A DNA stretch of 64,000 bases from Octopus vulgaris. Lineage: Eukaryota. The stretch spans positions 99,200,001 through 99,264,000 of the forward strand of contig OX597823.1 in assembly GCA_951406725.2 (NCBI GenBank). The letters are read 5' to 3'. Each line of letters starts with the position of its first letter. Position 1 is the first letter of the stretch. Of the stretch, positions 12,828 through 24,565 are shown in pieces. A program made the translations under genes and the position numbers. Under the pieces are notes generated by a model. The model saw only the letters and a list, made by a program, of their open reading frames with translations. It was not told the DNA's origin and ran no database searches.

Positions 12828-13380
12828 TTACATGTCCTTGTAAATCAGGTATATTAGGTTCTCCAAAGCACATGTGAAGCTGCTTTTCACTGTGAAATAT
12901 TGCCTCTGTTTGAAGGAAAACTCTGTTCCCTCAATTAAATTAAAGCATATCCCACCGTTGGGTCTGCCGCATTTTTTTACTGACAGCTTCTGTGTTGGGA
13001 TATGTGTCAATTTAATTGAGGGATCAGAGTTCTCCTTCAAACAGGAACAACGTTTCATAGTGAAAAGCAGCTTCACATGTGCTTCGGAGAACCTGATATA
13101 CGCACTAACCTGCTCTGGGTGTCAAGAGCAATATATAGGCCAAACAAAAAACAGTCTACGTCAAAGGATGGCTCTGCACAGATCCCAAATCAAAATTCCC
13201 AGAAACAGAAAATTAGCATTCAGCCAACACATTGACATTTGCACCAATAACAAAAATCCAAGCTTCAGAATTTTTCCCCCTAAATCAATTCAGGGACGAT
13301 ACAACCTGTTGCCAACAAATTAGTCAAGAGATTCTCTTTATTACAAAATACAGACCCCTTTTGAACATATCTACAACAAA
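12828..13380 (+). mobile_element. Penelope-like element GIY-YIG endonuclease fragment with head-to-head inverted duplication
   Basis: FTCASENLIYALTCSGCQEQYIGQTKNSLRQRMALH is a PLE GIY-YIG signature with an upstream Cys-rich linker (KCGRPN.GIC); inverted arms 12849-12954 / 12996-13101. Confidence 0.85.
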
Positions 13381-13721
13381 CGACATATCCCCCACAGCCT
13401 TAGAATAACACACACGCAAATATTAAAAATGTTACATTCAAAAGATACTCAAGAATTCATGGCTTGCCCACCTGAAAAGTGAGAAAGAGAAAGAGAGAGG
13501 TTAAGAAAAAGATATGACTACAGAATAGGATAGAAAAGCAGTAAAGAGGGAAAATAGTGTGACAGCAGATTACAGATAGGTAATGTGTGTGTGTGTGTGT
13601 TTTTCAAAAATCACTGATGGTATTTAGATATTTATTTGTATGCTGTATATTTTGTAAATCTATAATAGATATTTTTCATTTTGTTTGTTTGTTACTACTA
13701 AACTAGTTTTCTGAATTGCAG

Positions 13722-13879
13722 GTTATTTTGATGAAGCTATCAGGGACATGCAAGAGGCTCTTAATCTTGACCCAAATTTCGAAAGTGCAAAACATTGTTT
13801 GCACCAGTCAACAGAAGACAAAAATGTTCACAATAATCATGAATTGATAGATGAGAGAACCCATAGTAATTTCAGTTGA
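13722..13879 (+). CDS. TTC32: TTC32-like exon 3 of 3
   Basis: Acceptor TTGCAG|; GYFDEAIRDMQEALNLDPNFESAK... to TGA; total CDS 462 nt = 153 aa. Confidence 0.88.
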
Positions 13880-14510
13880 AGACAATTAATTAAAGATAGT
13901 TGAAGTTATATAATTACTTATAAATGGGACAATACTAGTGTACCTGTTTAATAATTATAATTCACCAAAGAAAGCAATTAAAAAACACACAGTACTTATA
14001 ATTATTGCATGTCCCACACTCATCTGAATCTCTTAATTTCAAATGGATCTTTCCAAATTTTACATTTATCTCATTTAATGGAGTATTTAAATGTCCTATG
14101 GTAATTCAGATATATCTCAGTATTTTAACATATCTAAATTTCCATTTGCTTGTAAAAAAATTCATATTGCAAGAACAATACTAATTACAAACATTGGCTG
14201 CAGAATATTTCATTAAAAGTGAAGAGCTACATGATAAACTAATGCATTATACATCAATAAAAATGTGACTGACTCAAAATCAACACAAAAGAACTTTATA
14301 ATGCAAATACTAAAAATTGTCTAATATAATGCTGTAAAGACTGACTTCATTAAAGCATATATTATTTGTAAAAATTATAAAGACTTGATCTTTGTTATCT
14401 AGTTATATTTGATACATCTTATTACGAACTGAGTTTTTTTTTTTGATATGTTAAATGTGCAAACATTATGGTATTGTTAACCATGAATGATGGTATCTCA
14501 ATATATATGA

Positions 14511-14890
14511 ATGGCAGTGAGCTGGCAGGTTTTACCATGCCACCTCAAATTCCGATGAGATCGACTTTGCCTTTCGTCCTTTCAGGGTCGATTAAATAAG
14601 TACCAGTTACGCACTGGGATCGATATAATCGACTTAATCCGTTTGTCTGTCCTTGTTTGTCCTCTCTGTGTTTAGCCCCTTGTGGGTAGTAAAGAAATAG
14701 GTCTTACCATGCCACACTAAATGCTTCATGACATTTTTGTCTGTCTTTATGTTCTGAGTTCTAATTTTGCCAAGTTCAACTTTGCCTTTCATCCTTTCAG
14801 AGTTGATAAAAAATTTACTTGTTGAGAACTGGGGTCAACTCACCCCCTTCCCTGAAATTGTTGGCTTTGTGCCAAAATCTGAAATCAATA
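14511..14890 (+). mobile_element. Two nested SINEs with MetaSINE-like core
   Basis: Core GACTTTGCCTTTCATCCTTTC.GGGTCGAT.AA.TAAGTACCAG present twice; inner copy 14544-14703 bounded by the 12-bp duplication TTACCATGCCAC. Confidence 0.7.
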
Positions 14891-15028
14891 TATATGAATT
14901 GAGTTAACAAATATATTTCAACTGAAATTTATTACTACATACAAGCAGGATATTATTAGAGAATATGTTTCTAATTCTAAAAATCAAAATGATCCAAAGT
15001 TGAGCATTGATATTAACATAAATTCATA

Positions 15029-15437
15029 GGCGCAGGAGTGGCTGTGTGGTAAGTAGCTTGCTTACCAACCACACGGTTCCGGGTTCAGTCCCACTGCGTG
15101 GCATCTTGGGCAAGTGTCTTCTGCTATAGCCCCAGGCAGACCAATGCCTTGTGAGTGGATTTTGGTAGACAGAAACTGAAAGAAGCCTGTCGTATATATG
15201 TATGTGTGTGTATACGTTTGTGTGTCTATGTTTGTCCCCCTAGCATTGCTTGACAACCGATGGTGGTGTGTTTATGCCCCTGTCACTTAGCAGTTCGGCA
15301 AAAGAGACCGATAGAATAAGTACTGGGCTTACAAAGAATAAGTCCCGGGGTCGATCTGCTCGACTAAAGGCGATGCTCCAGCATGGCCGCAGTCAAATGA
15401 CTGAAACAAGTAAAAGAGAGAAAAGAGAAAGAGAGAG
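15029..15437 (+). mobile_element. Full-length tRNA-derived SINE
   Basis: A-box TGGCTGTGTGG, B-box GGTTCAGTCCC, CORE-like CTTGGGCAAGT, tail ACTGAAACAAGTAAAAGAG; copies at 43875, 57535, 62120 and minus-strand fragments at about 8985, 42705, 45290. Confidence 0.85.
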
Positions 15438-15527
15438 TTGTTCTTTGTATACGAGCTTGATTAAGACGTCTAGTGTATTTTATTTATTAATGTTTCATAA
15501 CTATTTGAATTCCCAATATATTTCTGT

Positions 15528-16108
15528 TGTAGCGAACTCTAGTGAGCTTCCTCTCTCTATTATATAACAGACATACGAACATAGCAGCTAACAGCTAACC
15601 TTTGGGCACTGTTTTGGACCCCGTTGTGTCTACCACTCTGATTGTTTGGTATTGGCGCAATTTGTCTCTTACTCTATCATGCGCCAATATACAACCCAAC
15701 CAATCACAGCCTTCAAATAAGTCACATGAGAGTCTTTTCTAAACTGCATTTGAGCCACCCATCAGCTATAAAAGCTCACCCCTCTAGTCTCAATATCAAT
15801 TGGTTTCAGACCTTCTAAGGTCTAACCACTGACCACATTACAGCAAGCTCTATCTTCATCACCACCATGATGTCTCTCACCAACATCGTCGACAACATCT
15901 ACACAGCACTGGTTCTAACATTGCTGTTCATGAGTTCTTCACCAGGGTTAACAGCTAACATACAACCCATGCAGATGCATGGAGAGATATGAATAAATGT
16001 ACATCAACCACTTCCATTCAGCTTGTGTATATATACATGTGATCACAATAAACGTATTTAAAGTTATCATCTTGTTCCGTGTATTTCTTTACCAGGTTAC
16101 CAAACAAC
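15528..16108 (+). mobile_element. Possible solo LTR
   Basis: Starts TGTAGCGAA like the LTR at 39692; internal CCAAT, TATAAAA and AATAAA; 3' boundary uncertain. Confidence 0.3.
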
Positions 16109-16284
16109 AACCTAACCATCTAAACTGTTATACTCTGATTGGGATATTTTACAAAAGCAATAGCAAATCATTCTATATTAGCTGAGTAAACTTCACATGC
16201 AAAGTTCCATGTGACATTCTATCTAACTACATCAAAAATTGGGCATGCACTGTATGTGTATGTATGTATTGTCATTCGATCCCA

Positions 16285-16445
16285 TTCTCCAACCTTGAGA
16301 GCATGGAATATGAGAACTTTGATGGACCTGCAAACCACAAAGCAAACTGAAAGGTGTACTGCACTTGTCTTCCAAGAACTCACCCCCTTCAACATTGACA
16401 TAGTCGCTCTGAGTGAAACTTTGTCTAGCGACAGCAGCATGAAGT
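16285..16445 (+). mobile_element. RTE LINE endonuclease N-terminal fragment
   Basis: LRAWNMRTL...TALVFQELTPFNIDIVALSET matches APE motifs WN(V)RTL and DIxALSET. Confidence 0.75.
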
Positions 16446-16599
16446 AAGCTAGCTTTCTTTTGTAAAGAAAGTATGCCAATCAGTGTGCTAGACAATTCAA
16501 TTCCCAATTTGGCCTTCTGAATCATGTCAGGTATCATGGAGGCACCAGATGAACCAAACTTGGACACAAGTGGTGCCAATGTAATGACATAACTGTATC

Positions 16600-17880
16600 T
16601 GTAAGGGCTATTAGACTCATGGATGTTATATCATCTTGGTATGCAAAAATAAATTGACTGAAAAATGAATTAGGAAGGAGAGATGATGAGCATGTTCCAC
16701 ATATGACACTGCCTTATGAGTATTAGGTCCGGCTGGTGCCAATGTTTGGAACATGGGTTCATCCACGATACTTTGTGCTGCTGTTTCAGCTGGAAATATG
16801 TGTTAGTTACACACAATCCATGGAGTTTGCATAGTTCCAGCAAGTGCTGCCCATTTTCATTCATCTTCCTGATCCCGTGTTTTCCTAGACCAGCCGGTCA
16901 AGTTGTAGATTTGACACCCACTCTAGCATTGAAGGGTTTCTCTTGATGGTATCCTGCTTAGCTTTGATGACAATTGATTGTAGAACTCATTTTTCAAGTC
17001 CTGGTTGAAGTATGAGGCAGGTGCGTAAGCACTGACCAAGGTGGCCAGTCGCAGACATAGCATCCTCTCTGTCCCTTCATCATTGAGTTCCACCATCTTC
17101 AGAAGTGAGTTTTTCATTGCAAAGCCAACTCCATGTTCTCTAACATCCCCATCACTTTTCCTTTGTCAGAAGAATCTATAATCCTGTTCGCGTAAAGTTC
17201 CTCTCTCTGACAGGTGCGTTTCCTGAAGAGCGGTGATGTTCACCTGGACTCTCAGTAGTTTGGTGTCGATGGTGGCTGTTTTGCATGCAGTTTCGATTTC
17301 TCAATAGTTGTCGGACAATCCTGGAAATAGAGTCTGAACATTCCAGCAACCGAGTTTAAGGGCTGGTTGCCTGATTTACAATTTCTTGTTTTTGTTTGGT
17401 GCAAAGTTTACAGTCCATGTTTCAGAACATATGTATTCCTGAGCCCTATGCACCCTGTAAGGCAGACAGACTATGACAGGGCAGGACCTATCTGGCTGGG
17501 GACTGCCCAACTTGAGGCAGGCAGTGACTATCCAGTAAGACATTGAGGTCTCTTCCACCATTGAAAACAGCTCTATGTCAGCTGAGCAAAGACTTATCAC
17601 TGTAACTGCGGTTTACTGTGTTGTTCCATCACAAATCACAAATCTAGAGCGTCCTCTCCAGGGCGAAGGCCTGGGCAGCTTTTGTGGAAGACTTGCAGTT
17701 GCCCATGTGACAGGTACCCCCTCTCCACATCACCGATAGTATCCAAGGGAAAGGCAGAGTCCAGTACAGCTTGGGATTGGTGTGTAGCATGAATTATCAG
17801 TGAGGTTGAGTATAACTTCAAAACTACCTTCAGGACTCCAGCTCCGGATTTCTTCTCAGGGTTTTCTCCCCAACAAGTCA
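16600..17880 (-). mobile_element. RTE (BovB-like) LINE 5' portion: UTR plus APE endonuclease, decayed
   Basis: Minus-strand pieces LGCWNVQTL, VSAYAP, NENGQHLLELC...TNTYF...VSWMNP.SKHWH..DLIL; multiple frameshifts. Confidence 0.8.
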
Positions 17881-18069
17881 ATAGACCAATAACTGACCAG
17901 CCAGCATTGAATTGGTTTGGCATGCCCTCTTTCTCACTCATGTACAAATTTTATCTGTCAGCCAGAGAGGTAGTCAGGCCTAAACCATTACTAAGTTTAT
18001 TCTTAGGTTCTTACCATCTGAGACTAAATTTAAGACCATAAAGAGGCAATGTCTTTATCTGTTTGTATA

Positions 18070-19124
18070 CAAGGGGTACCCAAAGGTAACCAGAAAAATT
18101 CTCTGTGAGACAAGCCCATTATAGTTCAGGCTTCCATTACTAGAAGCCACTTGATGTGGCCCTCAGGCATCAGTCTGCTGACCAACAGCATCAAGTGAGG
18201 TTGTACTGCCACATGGTGTGTCTTTGTTTTGCAGTGCTTCACCCGTTTGTTGATTTTTGCGATGGCTGAAATAAAGGGTAGCGTACTTCTCTGATATTTT
18301 GTTTTCTGCTGGGGAAAACCAGCAGCTGAAACAGTTCTCATGCTTCAAACAGCTTACAAAGACACTACCATGAGCAAAACACTAAGTTTATAAGTGGTTT
18401 TCACACTTTAGGAATGGTCACTTGAAGACCAACCTCGTTCAAGGTAACCGTTGACCTCCTGAACAAATGAAAACATCACGAAAATTCACGAACTGATCTT
18501 GGAGGGCTGTCGCTGAACTTGTTAATATGACTGGTGTGTTCTGGAGCTCCTCTCAATGAATTTTGAATGAGGAACTGCAAAAAGAGTTGCAGCAAAATTT
18601 GTGCCTCAGTTGCTCACAGTCAGGACTGAATGTATATCGTGAACGGAAAGAACAGTTGGAAGTTGATCTGAAACTTTTTTCAAAGGTCATCACTGGTGAT
18701 GAAAGCTGGTGCAATGGCTACGACCCAGAAACGAAGCAGCAATCAAGTCAATGGAAGCACTCAATATCACCATGCCCCCCTCCCCCCCCCCAAAAGTGTG
18801 TCAAGTTCAATATCAAGACGATGCTGATTTGTTTCATCGATGTGAAAGGAAATGTCCACAAAGCATGTTCCTCGTGGTCAAACTGTTAACCAGATATTTT
18901 ACTTGACAGTTCTGAAACATTGGCGAGATGAAAATGCCCCAGCCAGTGGCAAAGTGCAGAGTGGTGGTTTCATCACAGCATACACGCGATCACAAAAATA
19001 TCAATTACACAACTTGTGAAGTAAACAGTGATTTTACTCAGTACACTACCTCAGCGCATGCAAGTGTGCTACCATCTGTTGGCACGCTACAAAACTAGTC
19101 CGGGAACTTTTTGATGCCCTTTCG
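18070..19124 (+). mobile_element. Mariner (Tc1/mariner) transposon, decayed
   Basis: VITGDESW..YDPETKQQSSQWK motif; degenerate TIRs flanked by TA (18068-69, 19125-26). Confidence 0.85.
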
Positions 19125-19194
19125 TATTTCTTCACCCAATCGCCGGAATTGCATTGGTGATATGATTAATATTGTAGCATACTTATACAAGTGT

Positions 19195-19550
19195 ACCCAC
19201 CGACTTTGTTTACTTATAGCTTTCAGGAAAAACAGACAATTTTTATTGAAATTTTTTAAAGTTATCTTTCAAATATTGTAGATTACGATTAAATCGGAAT
19301 TTAATATGAAAAAAAAACCCACCAAGAAACTTGGTATGTGAGCATGACTCAATTTTTTCAAAAGTTCGAGTTTCATTTTGTAGATATATGTTAAGTGTGA
19401 CAGTATTAAGTGTGCGTGGTCACCAAGTTATATTTTTATTTTTCACATTAAAATAGGACACAGTCGTAATCACGAAAGGTATTTGTAAAAAATTTCACCG
19501 AAAAATATGATTTTCTTTCTGAAAGTTATGAGGAAACCAAGTCGATGTAT
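19195..19550. mobile_element. Degenerate MITE-like inverted-repeat element upstream of SMNDC1
   Basis: About 70-bp imperfect inverted arms 19199-19270 / 19474-19545; shares blocks with 21440-22010. Confidence 0.5.
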
Positions 19551-19829
19551 AGGATAAGGAATAATTGCAAAAAGACTTTGAACGTTCAACGGAAGTCGTT
19601 TATATAAGAGTTGTAGGGAGTTATGACTCATAGCAATGTTCATTGGCTAATTTGATAATATATATAATGACGTTCTTCTGATTTATAATTTTCAATTCAG
19701 TTGATAATCTATCGGATGATTTCTAGAATTAGATTTCCCAACATTTTTTTTCCATTAAAAATTTCTTTTTAATTTTTTTGTTATAAAATTACAACAAAGT
19801 CTAACTGACCTCTTGAAAAATCTAATAAA

Positions 19830-19877
19830 ATGGCGGACGAGACGCTACTAAACTTGTACAAATCTCAGCTTCAGCAG
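19830..19877 (+). CDS. SMNDC1: SMNDC1/SPF30 exon 1 of 7
   Basis: AAAATGGCG start, MADETLLNLYKSQLQQ, donor CAG|GTAATT. Confidence 0.85.
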
Positions 19878-20892
19878 GTAATTCTTTACTTTCACATGTA
19901 AAGTTGATTATTTGTTGTATTTAATGATTTATGTAGACTGTTCCGAAGTCATCTTTAACAATATAAATTGATGATTGTCTCTTCCTCATCTATTTGCTTT
20001 CTAAAATGTCACCATTTCTATTGTTACCGATTCTTCCCCAACAAACTGCAGGTCGCCAGTGCTTGCTTTATTACTCTCCAGTTTATATCTAATATCGTAA
20101 ATTTACTGAAAAACAAAATAAGTTTATATTGAACATCAATTCATGAATGTTCTATGAATATATTTGACTAACTAACTCCATGTATTCGACACGTGTATAA
20201 TTTTTTTCCCTTTTGTCCTCAGCTTTGTTCTTTTATTCATATTCTTTCCTGTTCCACTAAAAGACATTTACAAGGAAGAAGATGACTTATTGCTTTAATT
20301 TTTACAATAATTTGTTTATATTTGGAATTGATTTCCATTTTGGAAACTAGCTTTTAAAATGTAACATTGACATAATGAAACTTGTCCTGTTCCAAGCAAA
20401 TCTTCGTGTAGTATATACACAATTATTATGACAATTATTTCCGTTTTTCTGTGTTAAAACCCCGCTGAATTATTCTGTCTATTATTCTTAAGTTGATTCA
20501 ATCGATACAGTCACCTTCATAAAAAAACAAAATGTGAATGCTATGAATATTTTAATTTCTGAAATGACTGATTCTTAAAAAAGTAGGCAGTAAGAAAATG
20601 GAGAAAAATAATTAAAACTAGATGGATGTCTCCCGTGGCAATTACAAGTCGCTTAAGGAAAAATTTCTCATTCCGTTGTGAAAAACCTTGTTGTCCGCAG
20701 AGGTAATTCCCTGTTTGGAAATTAGTAGAATGCCGTCGATGAAATTTACTCAGGCGTCTTCATTTACTACATTTTCGTGGGGCGCCAAAAAAATTGTTAC
20801 TATCATTTTAAAGATCTTCCTAACTCCACATAAATCTTTAAAAAATCTGTTACGCAATCCTGATTTGTGTTCAGAGATCAGAGTTTGTGATT

Positions 20893-21045
20893 GAGTCTGA
20901 GTTCAAATTCCGCCGAGGTCGACTTTGCCTTTCACCCTTTCGGGGTCGATAAATTAAGTACCAGTTACACACTGGGGTCGATGTGATCGACTTAATCCGT
21001 TTGTCTGTCCTTGTTTAGCCCCTTGTGGGTAATAAAGAAATACAT
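20893..21045 (+). mobile_element. MetaSINE-like SINE
   Basis: GAGTTCAAATTCCGCCGAGGTCGACTTTGCCTTTCA.CCTTTCGGGGTCGATAAATTAAGTACCAG core, same family as 14544. Confidence 0.75.
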
Positions 21046-21318
21046 AGTTTGTGATTTGATTGCCTTAGTTTCTCCCTGTTAACACAATGTATTAAACTGA
21101 ATATCTTTAAAACCTCTTTACTGCTGCTACTGTAATAAATCATTATTCCCGCATTTCTCCCTTCAGGCAACTTAATTTAAATAACAGCTTTGTGAATTTT
21201 CTTTCCTCTTGCGCAATGTTCGTTTAAAGCAAGTTCGTCTATAAACAGTCTCTTTTAAAGGTTCCTCTCTGAGTGGGCGTTTTTGTGATGTAAACAATTG
21301 TTTTATATCGTGTGGGTG

Positions 21319-21357
<39 letters not shown>

Positions 21358-21439
21358 TATTTCAGATGGTGTATTATTTCGATTATATGGGAATGTAATG
21401 GGCGGAGGGGAAATTGATGGGCTTATACAAATACATATT

Positions 21440-22375
21440 ACAATTTTTCTCAAAGTTTCAAGTTTCATTTTGTTTGTATATGTGTATGTATGTGTTTTTG
21501 TTACACATTATATTCCGATATGATCGTTATCTACCGCCGTCTGAAAGGTATTTGTAGAAAATTTTTCCTGCCCGGCTGTACTTGTAAACATTAGCTAAAA
21601 TTGGCCTAACTACAGATTTCTGCCCCCCCCCCCCCTCCACGATTTAGACGATCATAACTTTCAGAAAAATGGATATTTTTTAATGAAATTCTCTACGAAT
21701 ATGTGTCATATCGTCTTAATAACATATTTCGGTCAAACTAAATGGTTTGACCCAATATTCTATGTACCAGACTGTTAGCTGTTATTTTTAGCATAACGAG
21801 TTTTCTGGTGGAGCTTCATTGCCTGTTGCACAAAACGGAGAAAATAAAACAATTATGGACAACTTGTTCAGAAGCACCCCCAAGTGGGGAACGGTTCTTA
21901 AAAATAACCTCCAATTGTCCCCCCCCCCCAATTTCTATATCCTCGGAATTTACATAGTCCGAGGTATATTTGTAGATAATTTCGTTAAAAAAATATCCAT
22001 TTTCTTGAAAGTTAAGACGAAATGGACTCCGGTGAATTTTCCAAAATCCCACAAGTTTGTATATTCGGAATTGGAAAGATTTCCTCCCCTCCCCCATTTT
22101 CTCGCAAATTTTTTTTTCTTGCCAAAAACCCACGTTTTCGGATACGGAGATTCCAGAAATTTGCCAAAAATCGGAATTTTGAAATTGCTTGCAACCCCAC
22201 TTACCCCATATTTCTTCATTGTTTACTTTTTTCCGTAACCTCAACCCTAAGTAGAGAAATTTTTGGAAATTTTTTTCAGAATCATAATCTCCGTATTTTT
22301 GCGCATATTTTGACAAAAAAAAAATTTACAAAAGTAAGTGAAAAGTAACACTTCGTATGATCAAAGCTTACTGAT
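21440..22375. repeat. Unclassified DNA-transposon-like repeat with internal inverted blocks and C tracts
   Basis: Inverted blocks about 21655-21702 / 21965-22015; similarity to 19195-19550; overlapping ORFs have no recognisable domain. Confidence 0.4.
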
Positions 22376-22440
22376 TTTTTTATTATTATTTGTATCTTGT
22401 TTGCCCTGTGCAGATTACTAATTTAATGATTTTCATGCAG

Positions 22441-22506
22441 GTTGAAGCTTCCTTAACAAGTGATCCTGATAATTTGGATCTTCTGAAGTTGAAGAAAGAT
22501 TTACAG
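22441..22506 (+). CDS. SMNDC1: SMNDC1 exon 2 of 7
   Basis: TGCAG|VEASLTSDPDNLDLLKLKKDLQ|GTTAGT; matches the SPF30 N-terminus (VEAAL...DLLKLKKDLQ). Confidence 0.92.
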
Positions 22507-24269
22507 GTTAGTACAGCTGTTTCTGACCACTTTGCCTTCATTGTAAAACTAGTTGCACTAATAAATATTCTACCATTGCCAATTATATATAGTAAGTGTA
22601 TTAATTAGTTACTTTAGAAGTATGAAAATATTGTCTATATCTTAGATAAATTTTATTTAGATGTTTTTTAGTTTATTCAAGTAGATGTTTCCCTTTTGAA
22701 TAAGAAAGTTATAATGGAATGTATTGTTGTCCTAAGATGAGAAAGTTATGATATTACATCAGAAAGTCATGAAAGTTGTTATTTTTTGAGTATGACTGAA
22801 AAATTGGGGCTTCTATTCTTGCTAAAACTAGAAGTTTGGTCTTTATATTATGACTTAGGAATAGTTGGTTTGTATTTTTGTCTTCAAACCTTTCAACCAT
22901 CAATTAGTTTGGGGTTTTAGTTCTTTGACTTGGCATATATTACTGTTTCTTTATTTAATCGCACGATTTGAATTAAGAGTATAATTATTTAATTCTTGCT
23001 TAAAATATTGTATTATGTCATACTGGTTCTTTCAAAGAAGTTCTTGTTTTGCTAAAAACTTTCCAGATATTTTGAACTCCTGACATATTACTTGATTGTT
23101 TGGAAGTGGTTCTGTTTACATTGTTGGATTTTGAGTTTTAGTCTGTTATGATAGTTCTTGTAACATACAAATACAGACACAATTTCATAGTCTTTGTAGT
23201 CAGTTTCTTAATTTTTCAAAAAATTATCATCAGTAAATGCTTTTAGTTATGTTAATCAGTTAATGAAATTTTACCCCCAAATAGTGCTCATTGTAAGTAA
23301 TTTGGTAGAGTCTATCTAAATCCTAGTGGATTTTTAAAAAATGGGTTTTTTGTGAAAGTTAGAATCTTAGGAAATTTGTGATGGTCTATGTCATGCAAAA
23401 AAAAATTCTAATGTATTATAAATTTTATGCTATGAAGAAGAAAAATTTTAGATTTTCTCCAACAAATTTGTCAGACTTCTTTCACATAACAAAATTTATT
23501 CCACCAAACATTTTTAGTTATAATGAGTCTTAATTGATAATTTCAAATACTTAATTCATAAGTACTTAGTGTTTTATTGATATTTATATATTTATAGTAA
23601 CATGCATTTATTAAATGCTAGATTTCATATATTTGGCATTGGTATGTTTTATGGGAGCAATGTGCCTGTGATATCTCCTTTACTCTATTTTACCATTCAT
23701 TTTATAACAATTCAGTCTATTTTGATTGTAAGAAATATATTTAATGGCTATGAGCAATGTTAGTTAATTTAAATATGAGGCGATTACAATATATATATAT
23801 TTTTTTTTTATTTGCATCTTAGCATGATTCTAAATTAAATTATTTGGCACTTTCATTTATGAGATCTTCTGAAGTTAAAAACTTTGAAGAAAAGTATTTG
23901 TACCTCCTTCATTTAGTATTAATCATTCCTCCTTTTTATTGCCTCCTATAGATTTGTCTTGTGCTATTGTATGAAATATTGCAAATGAATTCAGTTTCAC
24001 TTCATGCTAAATTAATCCTTGACCACTGTTTTTATTACTCACACTGTATTGCGATCCTGGTCAGAGGGTCATTCTCCTGCCTTTGGTGTGACAACAGAAA
24101 CACAACCAAGTGTTTCTTCTTTGAAAATGTTCAAATGGCCTTCAACTTTTTTTCCTCACTTTCTTCTTTGCCATTCTTATTACTGTTTCAAGTGAAATAC
24201 ATGGATACTTCAGCATAAAGTAATGTTTTAGCAAAGGCATCATTGATGCACAATGAAAAGAATTCTGTC

Positions 24270-24565
24270 AGTGTTGTTCATTGACAGCCATATATATCCT
24301 CATTATTTCTGAGCAATATTCTTTGTTCATCTGGTAGGTGAACTTGCAGTTTCACTATTGCAGGTGCTCTCTCATGAATTGAAATTCTTAAAATGGATGC
24401 AACTGCTTTGGACGGACCAAAATGCCTACCCATTAAATATTGACTAATTTTGTTATCATTGAACAGCAACTTGGTCATTTCATTTCAAGGTGTACTTGAT
24501 GACATACTTAATTTACCTCGCTGAGGCAACGATTTCAATGTTGCAGTGGCATTTGAATGTTCAAA
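24270..24565 (-). mobile_element. Helitron RepHel coding fragment
   Basis: Minus strand CHCNIEIVAS..IKYV and ISQYLMGRHFGPSKAVASILRISIHERAPAIVKLQVHLPDEQ, the conserved post-Rep segment of Helitrons. Confidence 0.7.

Larger units (their letters stand above)
9817..13669 (-). mobile_element. Non-autonomous Helitron-like element filling TTC32 intron 2 (hosts CR1 and Penelope pieces)
   Basis: Minus strand starts A|TCTATTATA (13669) and ends with hairpin GACCCAA..TCGGGTC plus CTAG|T (9817); pairing of these two ends is inferred. Confidence 0.5.

Noticed and set aside
15029-15100. tRNA gene
   Set aside because: A/B boxes belong to a SINE head that continues into a repeated body; no convincing cloverleaf
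21816-22348. Five overlapping ORFs on both strands
   Set aside because: Low-complexity repeat in SMNDC1 intron 1; no domain motifs or splice support
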